Below, piece by piece: positions 46,748 to 59,198 of a stretch of 64,000 nucleotides of DNA. The notes below the pieces were generated by a model. That model was not told the DNA's origin and did not search any database. It worked only from the letters and a program-made list of their open reading frames with translations. The translations under genes and the position numbers were made by a program. The DNA is taken from assembly GCA_022813865.1 (NCBI GenBank), contig JALDZX010000002.1, positions 124,001 to 188,000 on the forward strand, given 5' to 3'. Numbering within the stretch: the stretch's first letter is position 1; each line of letters begins with the position of its first letter. The DNA is from Xylographa opegraphella. Lineage: Eukaryota.

Positions 46748-48012
46748 CTAAGTCTCAACCCTATCAACAACATCTACTTCAGGTCCATAAACAACTGGCA
46801 TGGGCTCCAAATCCAGCCCGCAAACACCCATCCTCCGCATCCTATACATCTCATACAGTTCCTCCCACGCAGTGCGCGCCTCGCCCGGCTCGGGCCGGGA
46901 CTGCAAGAAAACGTCCCGAGGGATGTTGTACTCTGGGCCTTTGATATCTTCATCGAGGAGCTGGACGTATCCTGCTTGAGAGAGGAAAGTGCCAGAATTA
47001 AATTCTTCGCTTGTGTTGTGGAGAGAGGATGTTCTGGAAACGATGGGAGCGGGTGTGGAGGGGAGGGTGAGGAAGTGGGTGTTCCGGTGGAGGTAGGAGG
47101 ATTCGGATGAAGGGTCGCGGCGTAGAGTAGCCATCGCAGCTTGGAAGGCCGCTTTGGAAGGAGTGAGGAGGGTGAGAGGTGATAGCTCGCTTGAGGAGTC
47201 CGCAAAAGAGGTGAAGGATGCGTTGGTGGGTATGCTGAATAAGGTGTCGAGGATGGAAGAGTCGATGATTAGACCTGACGGCCGGAGGTACAGGACGTGG
47301 TCAAATCTCGTCAAAGAAAGCAGACCCGACAGTGGGAAAGCCGCATCGGTATTTCCTAAAGTACCTTCAGCCCTATGCCGCATTCAAGAGTACGATATAT
47401 GTCAAGGCGGCTCACCTTTCCCAGCATCCAGCATCTCCGCGATGGGCGCCAGCACCGCCCCATATCTCACCGCCGCGACTCTAATCAATCTCAATGACCT
47501 CTCAAGTTCTAGCGCTCTCGATCCATCGTACTCGATGTCTTGATCCCAGGATTTGGGGTACAACAATACTCTCTGCGCTCGGCTTTTCTGCACGGACAAT
47601 TCCGCGAAAATCATGACTGCATTGCATACCGTCATATGATCAGTGACTAGTTGCACATACGCTGTCTTCTTCCAATTTATATCGGGCGCCAGGCCACCCA
47701 GGAGCTTCTGGTATGAGACATAGCCATTCGAGCCCGGCGGTTGTCCGAAAGGACGCGCGATTGCAGTGGCAGACGGGGCCGCGCTTGGGACTGGCGGAGG
47801 CGGTGGGTGAAGGGCGGCTTGCAGACTTCGTACGGTTTGCTGTTGCAGCACGTATCCGGAAAGGAATAGGAGAGAGGTGAAGATGAAGACTATTTACGGT
47901 CTTGGTTAGCCCTGTTATATTTTATCCGACGACTTATGACGGGGATTTTCCAGGCAGGCCTACTTATGCCAGAGGAAATGGTCATAGAGATTTGTCCACT
48001 TGTGAGTAACAT
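46748..48012 (-). CDS. Membrane-anchored glycosyltransferase family 8 / Gnt1-like protein; introns about 47963-47890 and 47415-47365
   Basis: MLLTSGQIS...FTSLLFLSGYVLQQQTV; AYVQLV...VCNAVMIFAEL..KSRAQRVLLYP; LTRFDHVLYL. Confidence 0.75.
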
Positions 48013-48623
48013 AATCCAGACAGCACGATATGAAATGGCATGTATCGGTCGAGGAAGACATTCAGGATGACATGAAACAATTCGCAGCGCAAAGCGAGGT
48101 TGGCACGACAACCACCTTATCGATAAGAAGTTGGCGTACGCTCAAGAAAAAGACCTTGACACTACCAATGACTTTGTCAGTGACCATGGTCTTCGATATA
48201 AAACTGAATACTATATCATCAAGCATTATGATAAACTATCCGGAGCTGAAGTTTCATAATTCGACAGGAGGTCTCATGGGGGACAATACAGAACAAACAA
48301 ATAGCCATTTCAACCAGCACCTTCATCCCATCCAAGAACATGAGCAATTCCTGATTTCTATAGAGATTGCGCACGTAGCACGGCGGCAGACTTCCCTAAC
48401 GTCCGTGTCCGCCTCCCCAAAGTCCAGTCTCTCCCATAAAAGCGCAAAAAAACAATGAATAGAAACCTCCGCCACCCGTTCTACACTTTGAGATCGGATG
48501 ATACCCTCTGAGTATCCTATTCCAACTAGAAAAGGACCAGAATCCTCTCGGCGCATAACAGGTGGTTTATCCCGATGGTACATAGCGGCCGTGGTTAAAT
48601 CAAGCCTTATCTGCGTTTGTAGC

Positions 48624-49535
48624 TTAAAAGTAGCCCAAGTTCAGCACGTCCAATTCCCGAGGCGTCCAATCGGTAGGTCGCGCTGATGAATCCATCCCAA
48701 CAGTTCCCCAGCTATCAACATACGGGTTCTGCGCTTCGGATATCACTTCGTGGGCGATTGATCTGATGAATGGGAGGCTCTGAGTAGACGTTAGTCCTAT
48801 GGGTTTCTCGGGATCTCGCAGGTCGAAGAATCGCCGATATTTCCCACTATCGCCGGCCTGATATACCGCCACAGGCATAAATGAGACCCAAGCATCATTC
48901 TTCTGCCGAAAAAATGATCGTGATTCAATGATGTGATGTAGCAGTCTCTCATAACGCCATTTCGAGGAGCCCATCAAGTCGAGCAGTAGGTCGTACATAA
49001 AGATGTTCGGATCGATTCGCGCTGTGGAAAGCAATGTGTCGCGTTTGATCCTATTAAGCAGGATGCCTTGCCCGTCTGCGATTTTCATGATTTCCATGTT
49101 AGTCGCATGTGTCTCGGCACATACGAATATTTCCACTCCAGCCTCTACCGAAACCCAGTCACCAATCTTGTAATTGCTTGGTGGAAGACGTGGAAACTCG
49201 AAGAATAGCTCTTGCACGTATGGGGTGAATAGAGTAGCAGCAGGTCCGGACGGGTAGCGCACCAGACGGAGATCAATCTTCAATGGATCTTCACCCTGTG
49301 ATCCTTCTATCCATATGGCGGTCTTTACAGGGAAGTAGACTGGCGTCGACGACGAACCTTCGCCAAAGCCGAGATTGAGAGCAACTTCGAAGTAGACGCG
49401 GCGATTACTGGAGCGTGGTATCAGATGCGAAGCAGTCTGGTTCGTTACGGAGAAATCGCTTGCGTTCGTAGGAAGAACCGATGCCAGAAACACACAGAGG
49501 TAGGCAGCATGGTGCACGAAAGAAACAAGAATCAT
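48624..49535 (-). CDS. Hypothetical secreted protein (303 aa)
   Basis: Uninterrupted 303-codon ORF with signal-peptide-like N-terminus ending VLPTNA; no family recognised. Confidence 0.65.
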   Translation of the reverse strand: MILVSFVHHAAYLCVFLASVLPTNASDFSVTNQTASHLIPRSSNRRVYFEVALNLGFGEGSSSTPVYFPVKTAIWIEGSQGEDPLKIDLRLVRYPSGPAATLFTPYVQELFFEFPRLPPSNYKIGDWVSVEAGVEIFVCAETHATNMEIMKIADGQGILLNRIKRDTLLSTARIDPNIFMYDLLLDLMGSSKWRYERLLHHIIESRSFFRQKNDAWVSFMPVAVYQAGDSGKYRRFFDLRDPEKPIGLTSTQSLPFIRSIAHEVISEAQNPYVDSWGTVGMDSSARPTDWTPRELDVLNLGYF

Positions 49536-51326
49536 TTGGGGAATTATTGAGCTCTACTCTATACGCGGGGCTTTCATATAGATAATGTTCCCAACGTAGG
49601 CTACGAACACGAAGATTTGGAGTTCTCTGGAAGGGAAGTCGACCACAAAGTAGATATTCAGACATAACGTTGAGGGTGGCGGATATCAAACATTCAGGAT
49701 ACATGTTTCATAAATTGCAATTGCACACGTGGACTGAGATTTGCGACAAAACAGATATGAACACTGAAAAGTCATTTGAGCTTACCGTCGTCTCTGAGCC
49801 GCACCAAATATTCTGGCGAAGCGTTGGAAGTGATGGTAAGTGGTATGAAACCCCACGTAGTAAGTACCTCATCCTGTTGACCCCAATCGCGCAGTACTAA
49901 CCATAGGTCGGACTATTCTCAGACTAGTCCAGATAAAGTAGATAGATACCTAAGGTATCTTGGATCCCAGGCGAAGACCGTAAACTGTTTCAAGCGTTCC
50001 GATACATGCGCCGGGTTCTAAAGATACACAGCATAATGGGCTGGACGCCCTCGGCCCCGGGCCAAAGCCGCCAGCAATTCCTGACTCGTTGTTTTTACAC
50101 AATAATGTGACCCCCATCGTCACAGCAAGCGCTAAGTGTCCGTCAAAGGTGAAAGGTAGAGCATTAGGGGCTTGATTCCATGGCACCCATTCTCCTTGAG
50201 CGATAACTGTACCAGTGCGCACTGGATGTAGGGCTGGATACCTGGTAACTTCATTGAATCATTTCCAAACGGCCTACAATATAGTTCTACCACAGCACCG
50301 AATCACTCCTTGCTCAGCGAAGCATAGTCTTCATGGCAACCAACCCGTCTGCCTCTTCGGCACCCTCCCCCCAGCCTCCTCAAAGCCCGCGAAGCGTATG
50401 TTGATCGGAATGCTGCACGTATAGCATGGGCTTCTCACTGGCCAAATTCATCGCCATGTTCTCCGCCAGCAAGAACATATTTTGCTTCATGCGGGACGCC
50501 GGCGATCATGTGGCCGTCGTCCTTGTGTAAGCAGGCGCGCGCGGAGATCCTGTCCCAGCCGCAGTCGGGCACTTTCGAATGATGCGCCATCATGTTGTCC
50601 ATATTAGGCTTGGGACGTCCCATGCCGACCCAGAGGAAGAGGAGCATGCGGCCCGTGGTCTCGATGCGGTGGCCTTTCTGCGCCTTGGTGATGAAGAGCC
50701 CGGCAAGGGTGACAGGATGCCATAGGCAGGCGTTGGAGCCATGGCTGAGGAAGAAGTCGTACCAGGGTTCGTAGGGAGCTCGCTGTGCGCTAGCTGCGAT
50801 GTAAAGTAAAGGTAGCTTACGTGTCAGCATTCTAGTATAACTAGAGAAACGGTACAGGTAGGAGTATAATCACTTGAAGTATAAAACAGCTCAGCTATGG
50901 CACACCTTCAATGCTCACAAGCATCCCCGTGCTATCCGAGACAGATTGTCCTTGACTAAACCGACCACCCCCTCTCTATGCGGGTAGCCTTGGAAAAGTT
51001 ATACTGGTGGCGTTCTTCTTAGTGGACGGGTGTTAGGATTTCATGATATGATGGCTGATTCCGCAGGACGGTATTGTGAGAGACAAAGAGATCATTGAGT
51101 TGACAGGCACTGAAATACAGGAAAGTCATGCATTGTTCGTGAAAACACTGAAGTTGCAGATTATGGAATTGATAAGATATCTATCTGTGAATAAAGTGCT
51201 TCAACTCGGCGGGATGGCAAGCGAAAAGAAGGAGAACTGATAAATACAATGAAAATTAAATGCTGGATACAAGCAAGCAAGAGCGCGGGTCCGGGTCAAG
51301 AGACTCAACCCGCACAATTCCTGTCG

Positions 51327-51930
51327 TCAAAACGACCGTCGAGTACCACGAGCAGTATAGACTGGCTCATTGCTCTCCGGGTCTCCAGCGAGACCGTGAA
51401 GCAAGAACACCAATTCTTCCCCCGAGAGATCCTCGGGATCAGTGTAGGACTTCACATCGCCGTTTTCACCGTCCGCGTGGGCGATCACATAGGCCGTAAA
51501 GTCGTTCTCGCCCTTAACCCTTCGTATGTCGACTGGTTGTTGTAGTATTCTTTTCTGCCGCATGGCTTCGTGCCTTGGGGATTGAATATAGATTTTTGAA
51601 AAGTCCAGCGTTGCGAAGTAAGAACAAGAAATGGAACGTTCCATCGACTTGAACTTGCCTGACAATGATCTCGATTGGATAGTGAGCTAACTGAACAGCG
51701 ACATGACCTATGGTCTCACCGATTTGTTCAGCAGGTCCATAGCGATATAGGGGAATTGTACAAATCGAATCCTCCTCTTTTACGAATGGAGACACTGCCA
51801 CGACTGAGATCACTGCAGCAGCAGGGCCACTGTCATGGCCACCGAGGAACCGTACGATGTTGAATATCGCATCCTCGTAAGGAACGAGTGCCGTGTTCTC
51901 GGATGGTGATATTCTGCTGGTTTCTGCCAT
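51327..51930 (-). pseudogene. Hypothetical gene split across two frames
   Basis: Two overlapping protein-like ORFs (51930-51514 and 51665-51327) joinable by a 1-nt change. Confidence 0.35.
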
Positions 51931-53010
51931 TGAGCGGTGTGTGAACTGTGTGAAGAGAAAGTTGGTTTGGGATTAGTACTTCGATCTGGATCAAGGATTT
52001 CTGAGATATGTGGTGAAGACTGTCGAGAGAATGTTGAGTACAGCGAACGATTGAACTGAATATAAATAGTAACCGGGTATTGTACTGTCCGACAGCCCTG
52101 ATTCATTATTGAGAGACAACAGGGGCATTGTCATTTCTTCTTATACCGACTAAGCTTTAACTGAGATCATTGCCTTTGTACAATCCTATGATAATGCTAT
52201 TGACATCATGCGACGTCGTTCAATGGTTAGGCGTTGAATTAATATCTGACCAGTTGCTGGTAAGGATTCAAAAGACATCAATGACCTGTATGCTGTGAAA
52301 GGTTCCTCGATGAGGGCACAACACAGGATGTCGCAACGTGTAGGCAGGAAGTGGCTGATTTGGTATCCACTGAACAGTAATTTCCTCCGAAAGACCAAAG
52401 GATAATGGAAGGACTTGTTGTTGTACGCCGGGTAGTCGGATAAAAGACTGAACGGGATTCCTGCTAACATACGCGAGCTAGGCGCATGTTGATAACTATC
52501 AGTTTGTTGAAAATAATAAACCATGTACTGAACATGTACTGAGTTGCACGATTTCGGTAACTGCCGGCACAGGTCTATTCTTACTCCCACTGACTTCATT
52601 TGGCCAAGGTCGATGACTCAAGGTTATACAGTCAAGGACATTCGATCTCATCGAATAAGATTGTACCTTTGTAGACTGTGTTTGTTGGTTAGGGGTCGCT
52701 GCATTTTCTGAGAGAAAAAAAGTACTGTGCTTTGAACTCTCTTTCTCTAAATAGATAAAGCAGGAATTACATAACAAAGCATTGTTTCGTCCTCAGCCTG
52801 TCCATAAACAACGAGCATAATGCCATTATGGAACGAAGAACAATCACACTGAGATCTATTTGTATCTCTTAGTTCAACCGAATAACAAATACATCATAAA
52901 ATGTAGTATGTCTACAATCCGAGAGACAGACTCTCTCAAGACCATAATCGAACGGCACTCACGGATCAGTTACACAAGAGCATTAGCTCCGCATCCAACA
53001 AACCAATATA

Positions 53011-53247
53011 ATGAGTTTTATCACGCGTGTTCGCCGGGCGATGCGCACCTACAAACTCCGCAGACAGATTCAAAAAGAACATCAGAAACATGCTTTGATG
53101 GCAGAGTGGATACCCATGACTGTTGACTTCTTGAACCATAGCGATCCTGATGACGATTCAGTCCAGAGCTGTGAAAGGTGTCGGAATGCTGGAAACATGG
53201 ACACAGACTCGCTTTTGTGTCGAGAGTGTAGCCGTCCCAGAGGATGA
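53011..53247 (+). CDS. Small hypothetical protein with CxxC...CxxC motif
   Basis: 78-aa ORF, ATAATG start context, CERC and CREC. Confidence 0.4.
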   Translation: MSFITRVRRAMRTYKLRRQIQKEHQKHALMAEWIPMTVDFLNHSDPDDDSVQSCERCRNAGNMDTDSLLCRECSRPRG

Positions 53248-53909
53248 ATAATTCTTCTCGGGATCTGATAATGTCAATAGCAACGCAGTAATATAATAGT
53301 AGTGCAGTTATTAAAAGGCAACAAAGTTCACGAACAGTCACACTTCTTTCTGAAATCTTGTTTGTGACCCTTGACTATTAGTATGGTAGAATTGAGCTAC
53401 AGTGTATTCACGAAAATATCCCAAACTCATGGAGGTGGATCGACCACACAGATCCTGAGCCACAAGTGAGCGCTAACGACCATGTAGACATCATATCATA
53501 ATCTTTAGTTATTCGAATATTCATGTCACACAATTAGGCATTGTAAGCCTTGAGGACAATCCTACCAGTTATGTAGTGTACGGAGCACGCGATGGTCCAG
53601 TCAAAAGCTGCACGCCAATTGGCAGCTAAGGACTTCTGAAACGAACATGCTGAGCCTGTTTAAATTGATTGGTGTAGAAAGACCGAACAACGTAGAAGCA
53701 TTGACTTTGTGTCAGATAATCCTTAATGTCGCACTGCTCGTGCCTTTGACGCGGTGCTCCATGACGTCATATCGTACTGCTCGCTTAGGACTAAGGTAAG
53801 TACGAAGTATCTGCGCCCAAACATTCGAGCGATCTCGGCCACTCCGGGAGATGTTCGACAGAGAAAGTGAAAAACCTCCACCACGATACCTGAAAACAGT
53901 TCTTTCATC

Positions 53910-55256
53910 ATGGTAGACCCCCACAATGGCATAGTCGTCAACGGCATCGATACCCACGCCTCTGAGCCTCAACCCACGCAATCCCTCCCCAAGTGGTCCG
54001 CTGCCACACAAGCCATCCACGCAGATGACCACCTCAACCGCATCGAAGACGTCGCTCCACCCGTACACGTAGCCACCACCTTCCGCTACCACAACGACCC
54101 CGACCAATTGATCCCCTCCACCGATCCCTCCGTACGTCCCCACCTGCCCTCTCTCCCTCCTCCAACCCCGCTAACCCCCTCCCGCCAGGCCTCCCTGTCC
54201 GACCGCCACATCTACTCCCGCCACACCGCGCCGACAACTACGCGGCTCGAAGCGCTCCTGACCCCTCTCCTCCTCGCCCCGACCCTCACCTACTCCTCCG
54301 GCCTCTCCGCCCTGCACGCCGCGTACGTCTTCCTGCGCCCGCGCCGCATCGCCATCACCGCCGGCTACCACGGCGCGCACGCCGTGCTGAAGCTGCACTG
54401 CCGCCTCACGGGCGCCACGCTGCTACCCCTCTCCTGCCCCGCCGAAGACTTGCACCCCGGCGACGTGATCCACCTCGAAACGCCGCTAAACCCCACCGGC
54501 GAGGCCCTGAGCATCAAGCACTACGCGGACAAGGCCCACAGCCGGGGCGCGTACTTGCTGGTCGACAGCACGTTCGCGCCGCCGGGGCTACAGGAACCGT
54601 TTCGATGGGGCGCGGACGTCGTCATGCACAGCGGAACGAAGTACCTTGGCGGGCACAGCGATATGCTGTGCGGGGTGCTGGCGACGCGGAAGGAGGACTG
54701 GTATAAAGGCCTGGCGGAGGAGCGGGCAGTGCTGGGCAGCGTGATGGGCGGGCTAGAGGGGTGGCTAGGCGTGCGCAGCGTGCGGACGCTGGAGGTGCGG
54801 GTCAAGCGGCAGAGCGAGAGTGCGGGGAAGCTAGTGGCGTGGCTGGACACGTTGCTGCACAAGCAGACACCAGGGGACCGGGAGAGCGAGGTGGTCGCGG
54901 CGGTGGTGGCGAGCGTGCAGCACGCGAGTTTGCAGCGCGAGGACATGGCTTGGCTGGCCGAGCAGATGCCGAACGGCTTCGGGCCCGTGTTCGCGATCTC
55001 GATGCGGAGCGAGCGCTTGGCACGGCGGCTGCCGAGTAAGCTGGAGCTGTTCCACCATGCCACGAGCCTCGGGGGCGTGGAGAGCCTGATTGAGTGGCGG
55101 ACTATGAGCGACACCACGGTTGATACGAGGCTGCTGAGGGTGAGTGTTGGGGTGGAGAGCTGGGAGGATTTGAGGGACGATCTGATGCAGGGGTTTGCAG
55201 CATTGCGGGAGGAAGGGAAAGGGGTGGGTGAGGGTGCGAAAGAGAACGGAACGTGA
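53910..55256 (+). CDS. Cys/Met metabolism PLP-dependent enzyme (cystathionine gamma-synthase/beta-lyase-like); intron 54132-54188
   Basis: DVAPPVHVATTF, IYSR, LETPLNP, VDSTFAPP, HSGTKYLGGHSD (PLP Lys), TSLGGVESLIE, LLRVSVGVE. Confidence 0.93.
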   Translation: MVDPHNGIVVNGIDTHASEPQPTQSLPKWSAATQAIHADDHLNRIEDVAPPVHVATTFRYHNDPDQLIPSTDPSVRPHLPSLPPPTPLTPSRQASLSDRHIYSRHTAPTTTRLEALLTPLLLAPTLTYSSGLSALHAAYVFLRPRRIAITAGYHGAHAVLKLHCRLTGATLLPLSCPAEDLHPGDVIHLETPLNPTGEALSIKHYADKAHSRGAYLLVDSTFAPPGLQEPFRWGADVVMHSGTKYLGGHSDMLCGVLATRKEDWYKGLAEERAVLGSVMGGLEGWLGVRSVRTLEVRVKRQSESAGKLVAWLDTLLHKQTPGDRESEVVAAVVASVQHASLQREDMAWLAEQMPNGFGPVFAISMRSERLARRLPSKLELFHHATSLGGVESLIEWRTMSDTTVDTRLLRVSVGVESWEDLRDDLMQGFAALREEGKGVGEGAKENGT

Positions 55257-55605
55257 TGGTGTGAGATGGATGGGGATTCTGTTCGTGAAAGCTTGTGGAA
55301 GGGCACGCAAGCTTGTATGTAGATATTGCACTGCGGAGAGGATCTCCTGTTGCGGTCTCCAGCATCAAATTCATCATCTTGATTCTTCATCATCGTAGTA
55401 CAGCAAACGTGGAGCGGTAGTGCCGCTGATACGTACCTACTCCAGTGATATCTCTTCAATCCAAAGGCCATCCAGTCATGGCGTACCATGATCGATCAAC
55501 GACATGTTTTCCGGTGCCTCCGCACAGCAGAACCATCCGTCGTCGCGAACCCAACGCCCTGTGAAATCCAAAAACCACTATTTCCGCCCTAGGCGGCGGT
55601 CCGCA

Positions 55606-58600
55606 TCACTTCATAAAAGAAGCCATCCGCGACGCCTTCCCCACACTCGCCGGCAGCGCACTCCCAAACCTATCTCGCTCTATAGACCCGTCAGCACATA
55701 GGTACCCGTGAGCTCGTAGGCTTCAGCGGGGACTCACCCTCTTCAGAACTAAACCCAACCACAACATCATCATGCTCGGCCGCATACTCCAGCAGATCCA
55801 AGCAGACAAACTCCCAGTCGTGATGCTTGTCGTCCTTCAGAGCGGCGAACTTGGCGTCCACGAAGCGGATATAATGCTTCCCGGAATGCGTAAAGGCTTC
55901 GTAGGTGTCGACGCCACGGAGGACGAAGTTCATGGAGCGGCCGAGCGGGAAGTCCTGGAAAAAGGCGACCAGCTGGATGTTCTTGTCCTGCCGCACGATT
56001 TGGAGCCGGGCGCGCAAGGTTTCCAGGTGTTTGTTGATGGGGATTCCTTTGTGCCTTCGGGAGATGGAGAAGCTGGATACAAACCTTTTCGGAGTATGTC
56101 AGTCATGTTTGTGGGGAAATGGAGAGCCGACACACCCGTCAAATACAACCGAAAACCCTGTAACGAGGGCTTGGAATCGATGGAGATCTATTTCCTTGTC
56201 AAAAACGTTCGAGGTGTCTGCAATGGCTGTAGATTAGATACCTTGCAAATTTCTGAACATATAAGTTCGGATACTCGGTTTTGCAGCTATCACAGCCAAT
56301 GTCTCAGATATTGTCTTTGCAGCTCCTTTCGGAAGCATGTTCTTAGCAAAGCAGGAAGTAATGTCGGTCTGTCTGGGCCGCAGGAGCCGTAGGCATGTCT
56401 TGATCGTGGTGTCCAAATTTAGATGAAGCTCACCAGGCCCTGCCATTGTCAGTCCTTATGGGTTGATGGGTAGTGAATACGCTCAACGTACCCAGGTTAA
56501 TTGGATCTGTTAAACTGCCGTAATTACAGCTCATACACACTCTGAGGTACTCAGTCACGGCAGATTTCGTGTTCTCCGTCCTCTGTTTTCCAATGACCAC
56601 CTTCATATTCTGCCAATTCAATCCCGCGGCAAGTGGAAGGGACCCAGCATTGAAGGATTGATTGTCGCACTCGGCAATCGAGAAGCCGCACAAGTTCAGC
56701 TCTTCAGACGCCTGCTCGTGACAACGTACAAAATTGTCTGCCAGTAAAGAATGCAACTCCTTGCGTTTCGTCTTTTCTGAAAAGGTGAAGATCATTGAAG
56801 ACCTCTGATCACCCTGCTTCGGGCTCAGAAGCAGAGCGGGTAGATTGTTTTCCCCACGAAGATACGTAAAGAGTATAGGCTTGTCGTTTTCGAAATTGTG
56901 GCTGATACTGCCCAGGGTTTTATTTTCCAGTGGCGCGATTACAGCAACTCGATGACTGATGCTGATTCCTCTTTCACCAGTGCCTTCTGTCACAGCCATC
57001 GATTTCTCCATGACGCGAACTCTACAGTATTTGATTGGCTTTGGTGGAAAGGTATGATGCATGTTGGAATGAGGTTGATAGTGAAAGGCCTCAACCATAC
57101 TGTCAAACACAATATTCTCGTGCTCGTGTGGACTCCAATCAACGCTGATATTGTAGTTGTGGTCGTAGACGTTCCTTAGCAGTTTGAAGTCGGCTTCCGA
57201 TATTTGTACGAACAGCTCGAACCCATGCATCAAGTCTATGTGCAGGCGGAAAGATTCGAAGTCCCATCTGACTTTATCCCATGTTGGACCCCATTTTTGA
57301 TCCAATTGAATGTGGAGATTGATCTGGCCATCTTGACTGACAATGGTCACTCCGACGAGAAGATCAGTTCTTTCTCTCAGTATAGACAGAATGCAAGATA
57401 TTGCGGTGCCTTCCGGACCATGTTTCAGAGAAATCGGTTGAGCTTCCGCAAACATACGCGCATAGATACAATGACGAGCGGTATCACCGATCAAGACGCC
57501 GAAGAAGGGCTTCTGCCCCGGTACAATATGCCTCACATACGTTCTGGGATCTATGCCCGCTGTCAACGCAAGTATACCTGGTGGCAAAGCCTGGCTCATC
57601 GTTAGAATTCTCGTATCCGTCCCTCGTGCGGCTAAGTTCGACGGTGGCATGAGATTTAGTTTCTGCATGTGCTGTTCGTGGGCATATAGATGGAACCCAA
57701 GGAAGTCATAGACCTGACAGACAGAGGAATAATCGAGACAATCAACGGGATCAAGTATCTCATGTTCGGGTAAATCTCGGGCTTGAGCAAGGCGATCTGG
57801 AATCACGTCTTTGACGAGCCACCAAGCTTTAGCCAAGTCTACATAAGCCTGCACAACTTGCTCAGAGAGGTCGACACTAGGTAGAGAAGATCCTTCTTGC
57901 GCTCGTCGGTTCCGGGCGATAACTTCCAGAGCTTTTCTGCCTGCAAGAAACCACCAAACCCCTGCTCTCAGCCACAATCCAACGCCAATCTTTGTAGAAT
58001 TTGCTTGAGACTGCGACAAAAGGAATAGGTTATGCAGGTGCTGCGTTTGAGTGTAGTACACATCAGTATCAGGATAGTCGATAGTGATATCCTGCGGAGC
58101 ATCCATACTCTCGTTCCCGTGAACAGTTCCGCGGCTCCTCCTTTCCATTGAAAATTGAGATACTGGGTCGGAATAATCATTACTCGCTTGAATCGGCGGA
58201 GTTGTTGGGTGCGCGAGTGGCAGATGTAGCTCATCGAAATCAGACCTCCTTTGGGCTGTATTAGGTCTTGAAGACGATTGTGGAACTTCCAACGAGGTAA
58301 TTGTACTGCCATCACCATGGACCGAGGAATTCATAGACGGCTTTGGCGATGAGAAGCCCGTGTATCCCGTGACACCGGTATTCGTTTCATTGATCCACCT
58401 GGAAGACTCTGTAGTCTTCCCAGCTTCAAGTATTGCTGACCATGTAGGATCAATATTCGACATGGAAAGGACAAGGTCGTTGGTTTGGCCGTCTTTCGTA
58501 GCAGTCGTACTAGGGAATCTAGTTTGTGCTTCTGTCTGGGTGATACCTTCGTCCGCTTCCATGGCGGCTCTTCTTTCTCTCAGACTGGCCAGCGGTTTAC

Positions 58601-59198
58601 GCACGACAGGCTGTGAGGTCCGGAACGGAAGCGAGCGTTGTGTCTCGGCATCCTGGGTCGTACGTGTAGGCTGGACCGAACTTGCGGTATGAAAGCCAAC
58701 GTCTTCTCGCGGAGCTGTCGACGCTTGTTCTTGACGTGATATGCTGTTTGATTCTGACCAAGAACTGATAACATCCTTGGCTGGTATATCCGCTTCGTCT
58801 CCGCCTTCGCCTATGATTTCTGGGTTAGAACTGGCAAAGCTCACGTGCTGCCCTGTGCGCTTCTTCCTACTTCGTAATGGCAATGGGAAAGATTGCGAAG
58901 AGCGTGCGGTTGTTGGCCTTGAGCTCGCTTTCAAGACCGGGCCATTAAGATCGGTTGCTGAACCTCCCAGGGCATAATTGAAGTGGGGTTTCGAAGCCGG
59001 CGGAGATGGCGCTGGCGACCCATGGAGGAAGGCGGAAAGATCGTCGTCGAGTTCTTTGGATTTTAGTTGTTTCTTCGCATTCTGATTCGATACCCTTCTC
59101 AACTTGTCGGCTTTGGACAAGAGCTTGCTTTGCCATTTACGCATTCCAGTCTGCTCGCGTGATCCGGAGAGGTCGGCATCCGTGCCGGGTTCAGACAT
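55606..59198 (-). CDS. Large hypothetical protein (Pezizomycotina-type), 5 exons; first exon 59198-56492
   Basis: Long first exon plus four downstream exons joined in frame by GT-AG introns (LG|PGEL, Q|DLHRFQ, FDG|FVSS, EE|ERDRF); no function recognised. Confidence 0.8.
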
